Source: Candidatus Limnocylindrales bacterium (GTDB lineage: Bacteria; Chloroflexota; Limnocylindria; Limnocylindrales; CSP1-4). Taken from it: 64,000 nucleotides of DNA. This document shows, piece by piece, positions 35,869 to 46,520 of this stretch. A model generated the notes under the pieces. That model saw only the letters and a list, made by a program, of their open reading frames with translations. It did not search any database and had not been told where the DNA came from. Position 1 is the first letter of the stretch; each line of letters starts with the position of its first letter. The stretch is taken from NCBI GenBank assembly GCA_035308445.1, contig DATGGQ010000029.1, positions 33,244 through 97,243 of the forward strand, in the 5' to 3' direction. The translations under genes were made by a program, and so were the position numbers.

Positions 35869-37206
35869 GTGTTCGATCAGCTCAGCGAGCGCCTCCGCCG
35901 GTCCCTTGCCGCGCTGACGGGCCACGGCCGGGTCTCCGAGGCCGATGTCGACACGGCGATGCGCGAGATCCGCCTCGCGCTCCTCGAGGCCGATGTCAAC
36001 TTCAAGGTCGTCAGGGAGTTCACGGCCCGCGTTCGCGAGCGGGCGGTGGGCGCCGAGATCCTCCAGAGCCTGACCGCCGGCCAGCAGATCGTGAAGATCG
36101 TCAACGACGAGCTCACGGCGACGCTCGGCGCGGGCGACACGACGTTCCACCTGCAGGGCAACCCGGCGATCGTCGCGCTCGTCGGGCTGCAGGGCTCGGG
36201 CAAGACGACGAGCGCGGCGAAGCTCGCCCGCCACGTCGTGCGATTGGGGCGCCGCCCGTTGCTCGTTGCAGCCGACCCGTATCGACCCGCCGCGGCCGAT
36301 CAGCTCCAGGCGCTCGGCAAGGCGCTGGACATCCCCGTCCATCGGGCGAAGGACGGCACGCCGGTCGTCGAGATCGCCCGCGGCTCGCTCGAGGCCGCCC
36401 GCCGGCTCACCCGCGACACGATCATCCTCGACACCGCGGGCCGGCTCACGGTCGATGACGCCCTGATGGCCGAGATCCGGGCGATCGACGCCGCGGTGCA
36501 CCCAGTCGAGACGCTCCTCGTCGTGGACGCGATGACCGGCCAGGAGTCGGTGGCGGTGGCCCAGGCGTTCGCGGCCGCGGTGCCGGTGACCGGCCTGATC
36601 CTCACGAAGATCGACGGCGACGCCCGCGGCGGCGCGGCGCTCTCGATCGCGGCTGTCAGCGGGATCGGGGTGAAGTTCCTCGGAACCGGCGAGAAGACCG
36701 ACGCGCTCGAGGCGTTCCACCCGGATCGCCTGGCCGGCCGCATCCTCGGCATGGGCGACGTCCTGACGCTCGTCGAGCGGGCCCAGGAGCACGTTGACGC
36801 GACGTCGGCCGCCAGGCTCGAGCAGAAGCTCCGGAAGGCCGAGTTCACCCTCGAGGACTTCCTCGACCAGCTCCAGCAGGTCCAGAAGATAGGCCCGATC
36901 GGCCAGCTGGTCTCGATGATCCCCGGCATGAGCTCGATCGCCAACGACGCCCAGGCCGCTGTCGACCGGGGCGACCTGAGGCGGACCGAGGCGATCATCC
37001 GGTCGATGACGATCCAGGAGCGGCGCGAGCCCGCGATCCTGACCGGCTCGCGCCGGCGCCGAATCGCCGGCGGATCGGGGACATCGCTCGCGGATGTCAA
37101 CCGGCTCGTCAAGCAGTTCGGCGACATGCAGCGGGTGATGAAGCAGCTCGCCGGGATGCGGGGCCGGCCCGGCCTGCCCGCCGGGCTCATGGGTCGCGGT
37201 CGATGA
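35869..37206 (+). CDS. ffh: Signal recognition particle protein Ffh
   Basis: MFDQLSERL..., GLQGSGKTT, DTAGRL, TKIDGDARGG, Met-rich M domain. GTG at 35869 with AGGAG 13 nt upstream. Confidence 0.9.
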   Translation: MFDQLSERLRRSLAALTGHGRVSEADVDTAMREIRLALLEADVNFKVVREFTARVRERAVGAEILQSLTAGQQIVKIVNDELTATLGAGDTTFHLQGNPAIVALVGLQGSGKTTSAAKLARHVVRLGRRPLLVAADPYRPAAADQLQALGKALDIPVHRAKDGTPVVEIARGSLEAARRLTRDTIILDTAGRLTVDDALMAEIRAIDAAVHPVETLLVVDAMTGQESVAVAQAFAAAVPVTGLILTKIDGDARGGAALSIAAVSGIGVKFLGTGEKTDALEAFHPDRLAGRILGMGDVLTLVERAQEHVDATSAARLEQKLRKAEFTLEDFLDQLQQVQKIGPIGQLVSMIPGMSSIANDAQAAVDRGDLRRTEAIIRSMTIQERREPAILTGSRRRRIAGGSGTSLADVNRLVKQFGDMQRVMKQLAGMRGRPGLPAGLMGRGR

Positions 37207-38981
37207 CGAGCGAGCCGTCGATGGAGCCGACGTCCGAGCCAGCTCCCGCCGAGATCGCCGCCCCGACCCGCCCGAGCCCGACCGGGGCCGTCGGGGCCTC
37301 GCCCGGCCGATGGGCGGTTGCGGCCGTCATCGCCGCCGCGGCGGTCGTCGTCGCGGCGGGCGGCGCGATCCTGCTCGGGAGCCGACCCACGCCGGAAGCC
37401 CTGTCGTATGTGCCGGGTGATGCGGCCGTCGTCGCTGAGCTCCGGCCCGACCTCCCCGGCGACCAGCTCGAGAAGGTCGGCAACTTCCTCGCCCATTTCC
37501 CGGGCTTCAAGGACCAGTCCACGCTGAGCCAGAAGCTCGATGAGACGTTCGCCCGGCTGACGCGGAGCGCGTCGGACGGCTCCGTCGACTACCAGACCCA
37601 GGTCAAGCCGTGGATCGCCGGGCCGCTCTTCGCCGCGGCCTCGATCGGGGCCCAGGATTCGGGCGGCCGCTCGGGAGACGTCGTGCTGGTCGCCTCCACG
37701 GACGGGACCGCGAGCTGCGCGGCGGTGATCCAGGGCACGACCTCGACCGAGACCGATCAGGGCGTCGCGATCGTAACGTCCTCGGACGGGACGATGGCCT
37801 GCGCACTCCAGGATCGCTACGGCCTGCTCGGGACGCCGGCGATGGTCAGGGCCGCGCTCGATGCCCATGCCAGCCACACCGGCATGGACACGGTCGAGCA
37901 GTACCGGACCGCCCGCGACACGCTCGGCGGCGACCGGCTGGCGACGCTGTACGTCTCGAAGGCCGGGATCGAGGCCGGCGCCCTGCCGAGCGACCTCCCC
38001 TCGGCCATGCCGCTGGCCTCGGGCGACGTGGCCGCGGCGCTCGCCCGCGTCCCTGACTGGGCGATGGCCGGCATCAGCACCGAGGACGACGCGGTCGTGG
38101 CAGATCTCGTGACCGCGCCGCTGCCCGACGCGACGCCGGCCGCGAGCGGTTCGCCGCTGCCGACGCTGCCGCCGGCCCGCGCCAGCCGGATCGCGCCGCT
38201 GCTGCCCTCCGGGACGATCGCCCTGGCCGAGAACCACGGAACGGGCGTCAGCGTCGAACGGGCGATCGCCCAGCTCCAGGCCGATCCCCGGGCGGGGGCG
38301 GCGCTCGGGTCCGTCCAGTCGGCCCTCGGCTTGCTCGGCGGCGTCGACGGGCTCGTCGGCTGGGTGGACGACCTCGGGGTCGCGGTCGTGCCGGACGGCA
38401 GCTCGGCGACGGGCGGGGCGGTCCTGCTGGCCGTCGACGAGGCCACGGCAGCGGCGAAGGCGGGCCAGCTCAAGAGCCTCGTCGGCCTGCTGGCGCTCGG
38501 TGGCAAGGCCACGGTCTCCACGGAGACGATCGATGGCGTCGAGGTCACCCTCGTCGAGGTGGACGACGTCCAGTCGCTCGTCCAGAGCGTCGGTGGCGCT
38601 GGCGGCGCCACATCCATCCCGAGCCCGGCCCTGCCGGCCGGGACAACCATCAAGCTCGCGCTCGCCTCGCGTGGCCAGGCGGTGCTCGTGGGCTCGGAGT
38701 CGTTCGTCCGCCAGGTGCTCGACACGAAGGCCGGCGCGAGCCTGGCCGATGCCCCCGCCTACCAGCACGCCCTGTCACGGGCCTTCGCCCAGAACGTCGG
38801 CCAGGTCTACGTGGCGGCCGCGCCGCTCATGACCCTCGCGACCGGCTCGATGCCGGACGCCGACAGGGCGAGCTTCAGCACGAACGTGGAGCCGTACCTG
38901 GCACCGTTCGATGCCGTCATGGTCACCACGACGCTGGATCACGGCGCCGTTCGCGTGCGCCTCGTGGCCACCGTCCAGTAA
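37203..38981 (+). CDS. Large hypothetical membrane-anchored/exported protein (592 aa); N-terminal TM then Ala/Gly/Ser/Thr-rich extracytoplasmic region (DUF3352-like?)
   Basis: Single N-terminal hydrophobic helix (WAVAAVIAAAAVVVAAGGAILLG); no catalytic motifs; inserted between ffh and rpsP. Confidence 0.55.
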   Translation: MTSEPSMEPTSEPAPAEIAAPTRPSPTGAVGASPGRWAVAAVIAAAAVVVAAGGAILLGSRPTPEALSYVPGDAAVVAELRPDLPGDQLEKVGNFLAHFPGFKDQSTLSQKLDETFARLTRSASDGSVDYQTQVKPWIAGPLFAAASIGAQDSGGRSGDVVLVASTDGTASCAAVIQGTTSTETDQGVAIVTSSDGTMACALQDRYGLLGTPAMVRAALDAHASHTGMDTVEQYRTARDTLGGDRLATLYVSKAGIEAGALPSDLPSAMPLASGDVAAALARVPDWAMAGISTEDDAVVADLVTAPLPDATPAASGSPLPTLPPARASRIAPLLPSGTIALAENHGTGVSVERAIAQLQADPRAGAALGSVQSALGLLGGVDGLVGWVDDLGVAVVPDGSSATGGAVLLAVDEATAAAKAGQLKSLVGLLALGGKATVSTETIDGVEVTLVEVDDVQSLVQSVGGAGGATSIPSPALPAGTTIKLALASRGQAVLVGSESFVRQVLDTKAGASLADAPAYQHALSRAFAQNVGQVYVAAAPLMTLATGSMPDADRASFSTNVEPYLAPFDAVMVTTTLDHGAVRVRLVATVQ

Positions 38982-39016
38982 GGTTCGCAGCTCAACAGAG
39001 GAGGAGTCAGCCGCCC

Positions 39017-39271
39017 ATGGCCGTTCGCATTCGACTCACGCGCGTCGGCGCGACGAAGCAGCCCGCCTACCGGGTCGTCGTCGCCGATTCCCGGAGCGCC
39101 CGGGACAGCCGATCGCTCGAGACGATCGGGCATTACAACCCGCGGACCGATCCGGTCGAGCTCCGCATCGACGCGGACCGAGCCAAGGCCTGGCTTGCGA
39201 AGGGCGCCCTCCCGACCGAGACCGTCGCCCGGCTCCTCCGGAACGCGGGCGTCATGCCCGCGGGAAAGTAG
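39017..39271 (+). CDS. rpsP: 30S ribosomal protein S16
   Basis: MAVRIRLTRVGATKQPAYRVVVADSRSARD; SD AGAGGAGG. Confidence 0.9.
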   Translation: MAVRIRLTRVGATKQPAYRVVVADSRSARDSRSLETIGHYNPRTDPVELRIDADRAKAWLAKGALPTETVARLLRNAGVMPAGK

Positions 39272-39278
39272 GGCGGCG

Positions 39279-39512
39279 ATGGCTGCGAAGGACCTGGTCG
39301 AGTACGTCGCCCGCTCGCTCGTCGACGACCCCGACGCGGTGAAGGTCACCGAGGTCGAGGAGGAGGACGGGACCGTCATCGAGCTGCATGTCGCCGAGGA
39401 CGACATGGGCAAGGTCATCGGTCGGAACGGCAGCGTCGCCAAGGCGCTGCGCACCCTGCTGAAGGTCACGGCCGCCCGCGAAGGTGGCTCGGTCACGCTC
39501 GAGATCCTCTGA
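39279..39512 (+). CDS. KH-domain RNA-binding protein (UPF0109/YlqC)
   Basis: MGKVIGRNGSVAKALRTLL is a KH GXXG loop; conserved position between rpsP and rimM. Confidence 0.85.
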   Translation: MAAKDLVEYVARSLVDDPDAVKVTEVEEEDGTVIELHVAEDDMGKVIGRNGSVAKALRTLLKVTAAREGGSVTLEIL

Positions 39513-40137
39513 GCCGGGCTCGCCCGCGGCCGGCCCCACGCGGCTGGTCGTCGGGCGCGTCCGCGGCGTCCACGGCCTCCGCGGGCTCGTCCGCGTCGAG
39601 GTCCTGACCGACCGGCCGGAGGATCGATTCGCGCCCGGCGTCGTGCTGTACCGCGAGGGCAATGACACGCCGCTGACCGTTGAGAGCGCAGCCCCGATCG
39701 AGGACGGGCCGGGCTGGCGGATCGGGTTCCGGGAGGTCCGGGACCGGACAGCGGCCGATCGCCTCCGACTCGCGTATCTCGAGGTCGCGGTCGACTGCCA
39801 GGCGGAGCTCGCCCCCGGCCAGGCGTTCTGGCACGAGGTCGTCGGATCGCCGGTGACCGGCGTCGACGGGCGGCTGCTCGGCCACGTGGCCGACATCTAC
39901 CGCGCCGGCGAGACCGAGGTGTACGTCGTTCGGGGCGGCCCGGTCGGCGAGTTCGACCTGCCGGCCGTCGCCGGGATCATCCGGACGTTCGACCCCCGCG
40001 GCAACGGGATCGCCGTCGACGAGGCCGCCCTCGATCTCGGCGGTCGCGCGGTCGATCGCCCGCCTCGGCCGGGGCGCAGGGCCCCGCGATGGTCCCGCCA
40101 TGGGAAGGGCGGCCCGCGCGGTGAGGCGTCGACGTGA
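39484..40137 (+). CDS. rimM: 16S rRNA processing protein RimM (start uncertain)
   Basis: LVVGRVRGVHGLRGLVRVE... with PRC barrel. The GTG at 39484 overlaps the KH gene; the true start may be a non-canonical codon nearer LVVGRV. Confidence 0.8.
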   Translation: MARSRSRSSEPGSPAAGPTRLVVGRVRGVHGLRGLVRVEVLTDRPEDRFAPGVVLYREGNDTPLTVESAAPIEDGPGWRIGFREVRDRTAADRLRLAYLEVAVDCQAELAPGQAFWHEVVGSPVTGVDGRLLGHVADIYRAGETEVYVVRGGPVGEFDLPAVAGIIRTFDPRGNGIAVDEAALDLGGRAVDRPPRPGRRAPRWSRHGKGGPRGEAST

Positions 40138-40859
40138 CGCTCGAGATCGACGTCGTCACGCTCTTTCCGGCCATCCTCGAAGCGCCGCTGGCGGAGAGCA
40201 TCCCGGGCCGGATCCGGGAGCAGGGGCTGGCCTCGATCCGGCTGCACGACCTGCGCCAGTGGGGCCTCGGTCGGCATCGCAGCGTCGACGACACGCCCTA
40301 CGGCGGCGGTGCGGGGATGGTGCTCCGCCCGGAGCCGGTCGCGGCGGCGATCGACGCGCTCCGGCGCCCGGGCTCGACGGCCATCCTCCTCGACCCTGGT
40401 GGCCGACGCTTCGATCAGGCGACGGCCCGCGACCTGGCGGTCCGCGAGCACCTCGTGCTCGTCTGCCCGCGCTACGAGGGCGTCGACGAGCGGATCCGCG
40501 GCCTCGTCGATCTCGAGCTCTCGATCGGCGACTACGTCCTCACGGGCGGCGAGATCCCCGCTCTCGTCGTCATCGACGCCGTCATCCGGCTGCTGCCGGG
40601 CGCGATCGACGCTGCCTCGACGGTCGAGGAATCGTTCGTCCATGGACTGCTCGAGTATCCGCAGTACACGCGACCGCCCGAGTTCCGGGGTGAGACGGTG
40701 CCCGACGTCCTGGTCGGCGGCAACCACGAGGCGATCCGGCGCTGGCGGCTCGAGGCGTCGCTGCGCCGGACGTCCGAGCACCGACCCGACCTGCTCGAAG
40801 GCCGCCCGTCGACGCGGGAGGAGGCCCGGCTCCTCCGGGACCTCGCCGAGGAGGGGTAA
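40134..40859 (+). CDS. trmD: tRNA (guanine37-N1)-methyltransferase
   Basis: SPOUT knot motifs: [30 protein letters not shown]. Confidence 0.9.
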   Translation: MTLEIDVVTLFPAILEAPLAESIPGRIREQGLASIRLHDLRQWGLGRHRSVDDTPYGGGAGMVLRPEPVAAAIDALRRPGSTAILLDPGGRRFDQATARDLAVREHLVLVCPRYEGVDERIRGLVDLELSIGDYVLTGGEIPALVVIDAVIRLLPGAIDAASTVEESFVHGLLEYPQYTRPPEFRGETVPDVLVGGNHEAIRRWRLEASLRRTSEHRPDLLEGRPSTREEARLLRDLAEEG

Positions 40860-40864
40860 GGGGG

Positions 40865-40882
40865 CCGGCTCGTGCGAGCCGG
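40865..40882 (+). terminator. Hairpin CCGGCTCG-tg-CGAGCCGG 6 nt after the trmD stop
   Basis: 8-bp inverted repeat read in the sequence. Confidence 0.3.
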
Positions 40883-40892
40883 AGCCCGTGCT

Positions 40893-40898
40893 ATAGTC
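40893..40898 (+). promoter_or_regulatory. Putative -10 box TATAGT upstream of rplS (L19 leader)
   Basis: GTGCTATAGTCCACCGCC. Confidence 0.25.
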
Positions 40899-40978
40899 CA
40901 CCGCCGGCTCTCGAGCCGACCCCAATCGACCCCATCCTGCGCGGCCGACGGCTGCGCCCAGCAGGGAATCCGAACCTC

Positions 40979-41329
40979 GTGAACGTCCTCGACCAGATCG
41001 TCGCCGAACAGATCCGGACCGACCTGCCGGAGCTCGCGCCGGGCGACACCGTCCGCGTCGCCGCCCGCGTCGTCGAGGGCGGCAAGGAGCGGGTCCAGGT
41101 CTTCGAGGGGACCGTCATGCGGCTTCGCGGCGGTGGGATCGCCCGCTCGATCACGGTCCGCAAGATCTCGAGCGGCGTCGGCGTCGAGCGCACGTTCAAG
41201 GTCAACAGCCCGCGGATCGACAAGATCGACGTCGTCCGCCACGGCCAGGTCCGCCGAGCCCAGCTGTACTACCTCCGAGACCGGGTCGGCAAGGCCGCGA
41301 CGCTGCGGGAGCGGCGCGGCAAGTCCTGA
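40979..41329 (+). CDS. rplS: 50S ribosomal protein L19
   Basis: GDTVRV...[12 protein letters not shown]...[12 protein letters not shown]...SPRIDKIDV. Confidence 0.9.
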   Translation: MNVLDQIVAEQIRTDLPELAPGDTVRVAARVVEGGKERVQVFEGTVMRLRGGGIARSITVRKISSGVGVERTFKVNSPRIDKIDVVRHGQVRRAQLYYLRDRVGKAATLRERRGKS

Positions 41330-41364
41330 CCCCGGCGGCGGCGCCCTGCCGCCGCGGGTACCCT

Positions 41365-42150
41365 GTGGACCCGATGACGGTCCGCGTCCCGACGCTCCGG
41401 TATGAACGTGGCCTGTGGCGAACCGGCGCCGAGCGCATCGTCGGCGTGGACGAGGTCGGCGTGGCGCCGACGAGCGGCGCGGTCGTCGCCGCGGCAGTCG
41501 TCATCCGGCCGAACAGCCACCGCATCCCCGGTGTCCGGGACTCCAAGACGCTGTCGGCCCAGCAGCGCGACCGCCTCGCCCCACTCATCCGGCGCAGGGC
41601 CGTGGCGGTCGGCATCGGGGCGGCGTCCGTGGCCGAGATCGACCGGCTCAACATCTACCACGCCACGCATCTGGCGATGCGGCGGGCGATCGCCCGGATC
41701 GGCGGCCATGACCACGTGCTCGTCGATGGCAACCGGATCGCCGGGTTCGAGCAGGCGGTCGGGCCGTACACGGCGATCGTCGACGGCGACGCGAAGTGCT
41801 ACACGATCGCCTGCGCCTCGGTGGTGGCCAAGGTGGTCCGCGACCGGATGATGGCCCTGCTCGCGGCGCGCTACCCCGGCTACGGCTGGGAGCGCAACCA
41901 GGGCTATGCGACGCTCGAGCACCGGAAGGCGGTCCGGGCGCTCGGGTTGACGCCGTTCCACCGCCGCAGCTTCCTGGCCCTGCAGCGCACGCTGGCCGGC
42001 GACCAGCTGCCCCTCGACCTGTTCGAGGAGGGCGCGACGATCCTCGACCAGGCGACCGACCTGGCCGACGGCCTGAGCCTGATCGGCGTCGAGGCGGCCG
42101 CCGCGGAGGCGGTCGCCGGCTGGGAGGGTGAGGTCGCGGCTCCGGCCTGA
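41365..42150 (+). CDS. rnhB: Ribonuclease HII
   Basis: GVDEVG, catalytic DSK, conserved HLAMRRAI. Confidence 0.85.
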   Translation: MDPMTVRVPTLRYERGLWRTGAERIVGVDEVGVAPTSGAVVAAAVVIRPNSHRIPGVRDSKTLSAQQRDRLAPLIRRRAVAVGIGAASVAEIDRLNIYHATHLAMRRAIARIGGHDHVLVDGNRIAGFEQAVGPYTAIVDGDAKCYTIACASVVAKVVRDRMMALLAARYPGYGWERNQGYATLEHRKAVRALGLTPFHRRSFLALQRTLAGDQLPLDLFEEGATILDQATDLADGLSLIGVEAAAAEAVAGWEGEVAAPA

Positions 42151-42204
42151 TCGGCCGGCATCCCGGATAAGCCGGCGACAAGCGGGGCGCCGCATCGTCA
42201 GGCG

Positions 42205-42567
42205 GTGCGGACGGCGGCCCAGCGGCTCGGTGACACGGCCGAGGACCTCGTTGCCCGGCATCTGGCCGCGGCCGGCTGGACGATCCTCGACCGGAACGTG
42301 CGCGTGGGCAGGCGCGAGCTCGACCTGATCGCGATCGATCCCGGCCCGCCGCGTGCGCTCGTCTTTGTCGAGGTCCGCTGGCGGGCGCGACGCGACTACG
42401 GGCTCCCCGAAGAGACGGTGGATCATCGAAAGCGAGCCCGCCTCCGTGCCGCGGCGTCCGAGCTCGTGTCGCGCGGCGGGCCGGCCCTGCCGAGGCTGCC
42501 GCCGCGCTTCGACCTCGTCGTGGTCGAGCCGGGCCACCGGTTCCGCCATCACCGGGCGGCACTCTGA
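42205..42567 (+). CDS. yraN: YraN-family (UPF0102) predicted endonuclease
   Basis: GEDLVARHL...GWTIL.RN.R....ELDLIA......VFVEVR. Confidence 0.8.
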   Translation: MRTAAQRLGDTAEDLVARHLAAAGWTILDRNVRVGRRELDLIAIDPGPPRALVFVEVRWRARRDYGLPEETVDHRKRARLRAAASELVSRGGPALPRLPPRFDLVVVEPGHRFRHHRAAL

Positions 42568-42588
42568 GGGCTCCGTTCGAGCGTGGTG

Positions 42589-42594
42589 TACACT
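42589..42594 (+). promoter_or_regulatory. Putative -10 box TACACT beginning a ~200-nt structured rpsB leader
   Basis: GTGTACACTCCGCCGG; the long GC-rich 5' UTR is compatible with S2 autoregulation. Confidence 0.25.
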
Positions 42595-42795
42595 CCGCCG
42601 GACCTCGAAACCGGCGCCGCGCTCACAGCACCGGCGGGAGGTCGAGGTCACGCCCGCGCCGAGCGGCGCGGAGCTCACACGCGGATCGTTCCGACCGGGA
42701 CGGTGCCGAGCGGGATCGGGGCGAGAGCCTCGGGACCGACGGCCCCCGGCGACGGGATCCGCGGAGGTACAACCGAACAGGAGGTTCCCCCTACC

Positions 42796-43767
42796 GTGCC
42801 GTCGATCTCGATGCGGCAGCTGCTCGAGGCCGGAGTCCACTTCGGCCACCAGACCCGCCGCTGGAATCCCAAGATGCGCCCGTTCATCTACGCGGAGCGC
42901 AACGGGATCCACATCATCGATCTCGCCCAGACGAGCTCCCGGCTCGAGGTCGCCCTCGACTTCGTCCGCGAGACGGTCGCCCGCGGCGACGTCGTCCTCT
43001 TCATCGGGACGAAGAAGCAGGCCCAGGAGCCGGTCGCCCAGGAGGCGACCCGGGCCGGCATGCCGTACGTGAACCGCCGCTGGCTCGGCGGGATGCTGAC
43101 GAACTTCGTGACAATCAAGAAGCGGATCGGCCTGCTGGAGCAGCTCGAGGCCCGGCAGCAGGCCGGCGACCTCGACCGCCTGCCGAAGAAGGAGGCGGCG
43201 AAGCTCACGGAAGAGCTCGTCAAGCTGCAGGCCACGCTCGGTGGCATCCGCAAGATGAAACGTCTGCCCGGCGCCGTGTTCATCGTCGACCCGCATCGCG
43301 AGCGGATCGCCGTCACCGAGGCGAACAAGCTCGAGATCCCGGTGGTCGGGACCGGCGACACGAACGTCGACCCGGACGAGCTCGACTACATCATCCCGGC
43401 GAACGACGACGCGATCCGGGCGATCCGGTTGCTCTGCTCGCTGGTGGCCGAGGCAGCCCTCGAGGGCGCCCAGGAGCGGGCGCAGCGAGCGATCGAGCCC
43501 GAGCCCGAGCCGATGCTCGAGGAGACGGCCTACGACGACGCCCAGGCGAGCGATGAGCTCGTCGCCGCGCTCGCCGGCGGCGGGGCCCTCAGCTTCGCGC
43601 CCGACGACGACGAGGATCTCCTGCCCGGCGGCCCGGCCGCGGCGGAGGACGGCGCGACGACCCCCGAAGACGGCGTGGCGACGCCCGAGGACATCGCCGC
43701 CGAGCTGGCGCGCGAGGCGGCCGAGACGGCCGAGGAGCCGACGGCGGCCGGCGAGGCAGGGCGATGA
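42796..43767 (+). CDS. rpsB: 30S ribosomal protein S2 with a ~100-aa acidic C-terminal extension
   Basis: [22 protein letters not shown]...; GTG at 42796 with AGGAGG 12 nt upstream. The track start 42583 is leader read-through. Confidence 0.9.
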   Translation: MPSISMRQLLEAGVHFGHQTRRWNPKMRPFIYAERNGIHIIDLAQTSSRLEVALDFVRETVARGDVVLFIGTKKQAQEPVAQEATRAGMPYVNRRWLGGMLTNFVTIKKRIGLLEQLEARQQAGDLDRLPKKEAAKLTEELVKLQATLGGIRKMKRLPGAVFIVDPHRERIAVTEANKLEIPVVGTGDTNVDPDELDYIIPANDDAIRAIRLLCSLVAEAALEGAQERAQRAIEPEPEPMLEETAYDDAQASDELVAALAGGGALSFAPDDDEDLLPGGPAAAEDGATTPEDGVATPEDIAAELAREAAETAEEPTAAGEAGR

Positions 43768-44372
43768 CCGTGGCCACGCCGATCACGGCGGACATGGTCC
43801 GCGAGCTCCGCGAGCAGAGCGGCGCGGGGATGATGGACTGCAAGCGCGCCCTCACCGAGGCCGACGGCGACGTCGAGAAGGCCACGCTGATCCTGCGCGA
43901 GCGGGGGATGGCGGCGGCCAGCAAGAAGGCCGGCCGGGAGGCTCGCGAGGGCCTCATCGGCAGCTACATCCACACGGGCGGTCGCGTCGGCGTGCTCATC
44001 GAGGTCAATTGCGAGACCGACTTCGTGGCTCGGACCGACGGGTTCCAGAAGCTCGTCCGCGATCTCGCGATCCAGGTCGCCGGCCTCTCGCCGCTGTACG
44101 TCGACGTCGAGTCCGTCCCGGCGGCGGACCTCGAGACGAAGCGCGCCGAGCTCGCTGCCGACCCGGCGACCGCGGCGAAGCCGGCCGAGATCCGCGAGAA
44201 GATCGTCGACGGGCAGCTGAAGAAGTGGTTCAAGGAGGTCGTGCTCTACGAGCAGGTCTTCCGCGACGAGGAGCGGACAGTCCGCGAGCTGATCACCGAG
44301 CAGATCGCGACGATCGGCGAGAACATCCGCGTCCGCCGGTTCAGCCGGTTCGCCCTCGGGGAGGAGCTGTGA
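43764..44372 (+). CDS. tsf: Elongation factor Ts (short form)
   Basis: [19 protein letters not shown] (UBA-like N-terminus), [17 protein letters not shown]. Confidence 0.9.
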   Translation: MTVATPITADMVRELREQSGAGMMDCKRALTEADGDVEKATLILRERGMAAASKKAGREAREGLIGSYIHTGGRVGVLIEVNCETDFVARTDGFQKLVRDLAIQVAGLSPLYVDVESVPAADLETKRAELAADPATAAKPAEIREKIVDGQLKKWFKEVVLYEQVFRDEERTVRELITEQIATIGENIRVRRFSRFALGEEL

Positions 44373-45163
44373 GCGACGCCCCCACCGCGACGACGGTGGT
44401 TCGTTCGGACGCGTCCGGATCCGGCACCGCCGAGCGGCCGCGCTATGACCGGATCCTGCTGAAGCTGTCGGGCGAGGCCCTCCTCGGTGAGCGGTCGTAT
44501 GGCGTCGACCCGAAGTTCTGCGCCTTCATCGCCCGCCAGGTGGCGGATGTCCAGCGCCGTGGCGTCCAGATCGGGATCGTAGTCGGCGGCGGCAACATCT
44601 TCCGAGGGCTCGCCGCATCGGCGACGGGCATGGACCGCGCGACCGGCGACTACATCGGCATGCTCGCGACGGTGATGAACGGGCTGGCCCTCCAGGACGC
44701 GGTCGAGCGAGCGGGGATCCCGACCCGGGTCATGAGCGCCATCGCCATGAACGAGATCGCCGAGCCGTACATCCGGCGGCGGGCGGTCCGGCACCTCGAG
44801 AAGGGCCGGGTCGTCATCTTCGTCGCCGGGACCGGCAACCCGTACTTCACGACCGACACCGCGGCCGCGCTGCGCGCGGTCGAGATCGGGGCAAAGGTCC
44901 TCATGAAGGCCACGAAGGTCGACGGCGTCTACGATGCCGACCCGATGACCGTGCCCGGCGCCCGGCGCTTCGAGCGGCTCGAGTACTCGGACCTGCTCCG
45001 CGACCAGCTGAAGGTCCTCGACGGCGCTGCCGTGTCGCTGTGCATGGAGAACGACCTCCCGATCGTCGTCTTCGACCTGAACCAGCCCGACAACATCGCC
45101 CGGGTGGCCGACGGCGAGCCCGTCGGCACGCTGATCGCCGGCCCCGGCACCGGCGGCCGCTGA
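44369..45163 (+). CDS. pyrH: Uridylate kinase
   Basis: [43 protein letters not shown] at 44369 with GGGAGGAG. The track ORF 43553 start is read-through. Confidence 0.9.
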   Translation: MSDAPTATTVVRSDASGSGTAERPRYDRILLKLSGEALLGERSYGVDPKFCAFIARQVADVQRRGVQIGIVVGGGNIFRGLAASATGMDRATGDYIGMLATVMNGLALQDAVERAGIPTRVMSAIAMNEIAEPYIRRRAVRHLEKGRVVIFVAGTGNPYFTTDTAAALRAVEIGAKVLMKATKVDGVYDADPMTVPGARRFERLEYSDLLRDQLKVLDGAAVSLCMENDLPIVVFDLNQPDNIARVADGEPVGTLIAGPGTGGR

Positions 45164-45717
45164 TGGCCGAGCCCATCGACTCGACCGATCACAAGATGGC
45201 GCGGGCCGTCGAGGTGATGGAGCGCGACTTCGGCGCGATTCGGACTGGGCGGGCCTCGACCGGGCTCGTCGAGCGGATCACGATCGACTACTACGGGACC
45301 CAGACGCCCCTCAACCAGCTAGCCGGAATCAGTGTCCCGGAGCCGCACCAGATCGTCATCCAGCCGTGGGATCGCAGCGCGCTCAGCGCCATTGAGCGGG
45401 CGATCATCAAGAGCGACCTGGGCCTGACGCCGAACGTCGACGGGAACGTCGTCCGGCTCAACATCCCGACCCTGACCGAGGAACGTCGGCACGATCTGGT
45501 GCGGGTCGTGCACAAGCGGATGGAGGAGGCCCGGGTCGAGATCCGGAACCTCCGCCGCGAGGCCCACGACCAGCTGAAGCGCCAGGAGCGCGACGGCGAC
45601 CTCAGCGCGGACGAAGGGCGTCGGCTCATGGACGTGCTCCAGAAGACGACCGACCGCCACATCGAGGCGGTGGACCGCGTCGGTGCGGCAAAGGAACAGG
45701 AGGTCCTCGAGGTCTAG
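45163..45717 (+). CDS. frr: Ribosome recycling factor
   Basis: FGAIRTGRAS...VIQPWD...NIPTLTEERR; TGATG overlap with pyrH. Confidence 0.9.
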   Translation: MAEPIDSTDHKMARAVEVMERDFGAIRTGRASTGLVERITIDYYGTQTPLNQLAGISVPEPHQIVIQPWDRSALSAIERAIIKSDLGLTPNVDGNVVRLNIPTLTEERRHDLVRVVHKRMEEARVEIRNLRREAHDQLKRQERDGDLSADEGRRLMDVLQKTTDRHIEAVDRVGAAKEQEVLEV

Positions 45718-46502
45718 TGGCTCGAGCGCCGCTCGTCCGGCCAACCGACGCGCCACCCCGGGCCCACGAGCCCGACCCCGCCGTCGACCGCCGCGACGCG
45801 GCCGAGGCCCTCGGCCGCGCGGAGCTCCCGCGCCACGTCGCGATCATCATGGACGGCAACCGCCGCTGGGCCCGCGCCCGCGGCGTGCCCGAGCTCGACG
45901 GCCACGCCGCCGGGGTCGAGGCGATCCGCGGCCTGCTCCGGCACGCAGTCCGCCGCGGCATCCAGGTCCTGACGCTGTACGCCTTCAGCCGCGAGAACTG
46001 GGCCCGCACCGACGAGGAGGTCGTCGGGCTGTTCCGGCTGCTCGAGGCGGCCATCCGCTCGGAGACCGCGGAGCTGCAGACCCAGGGCGTCAACGTTCGG
46101 CTCCTCGGCCGGCTCGACGAGCTCCCACCGGAGACGCGCCGCTCGATCCAGTCCGCCCTCGACGCCACCGCCGCGGGCGATAGGCTGATCCTCAACGTCG
46201 CATTCAACTACGCCGGCCGGACCGAGCTCGTCGACGCGATCCGGCGGATCGTCCGGGCGGGCATCCCCGCCGACCGGATCGACGAATCGACGGTCGCGGC
46301 GGCGCTCTACACGGGAGACCTGCCGGACCCGGACCTCGTGATCCGGACCGGCGGCGAGCAGCGCCTCTCGAACTTCCTGATCTGGCAGTCGGCCTACGCC
46401 GAGCTGCTCACGACCGAGACGCTCTGGCCCGACTTCGGCCCGGACAGCCTGGACGACGCGCTCGCCGAGTACGCGACGCGGACCCGCCGCTTCGGTCGCT
46501 GA
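45717..46502 (+). CDS. uppS: Undecaprenyl (isoprenyl) diphosphate synthase
   Basis: HVAIIMDGNRRWA, conserved context AFSRENWAR, LSNFLIWQSAYAEL. Confidence 0.9.
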   Translation: MARAPLVRPTDAPPRAHEPDPAVDRRDAAEALGRAELPRHVAIIMDGNRRWARARGVPELDGHAAGVEAIRGLLRHAVRRGIQVLTLYAFSRENWARTDEEVVGLFRLLEAAIRSETAELQTQGVNVRLLGRLDELPPETRRSIQSALDATAAGDRLILNVAFNYAGRTELVDAIRRIVRAGIPADRIDESTVAAALYTGDLPDPDLVIRTGGEQRLSNFLIWQSAYAELLTTETLWPDFGPDSLDDALAEYATRTRRFGR

Positions 46503-46520
46503 TCGCGACCGCCGCCCGAC

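Noticed and set aside
36300-38768. 822-aa minus ORF antisense to ffh and the exported-protein gene
   Set aside because: Antisense low-complexity ORF; ffh motifs are unambiguous on +.
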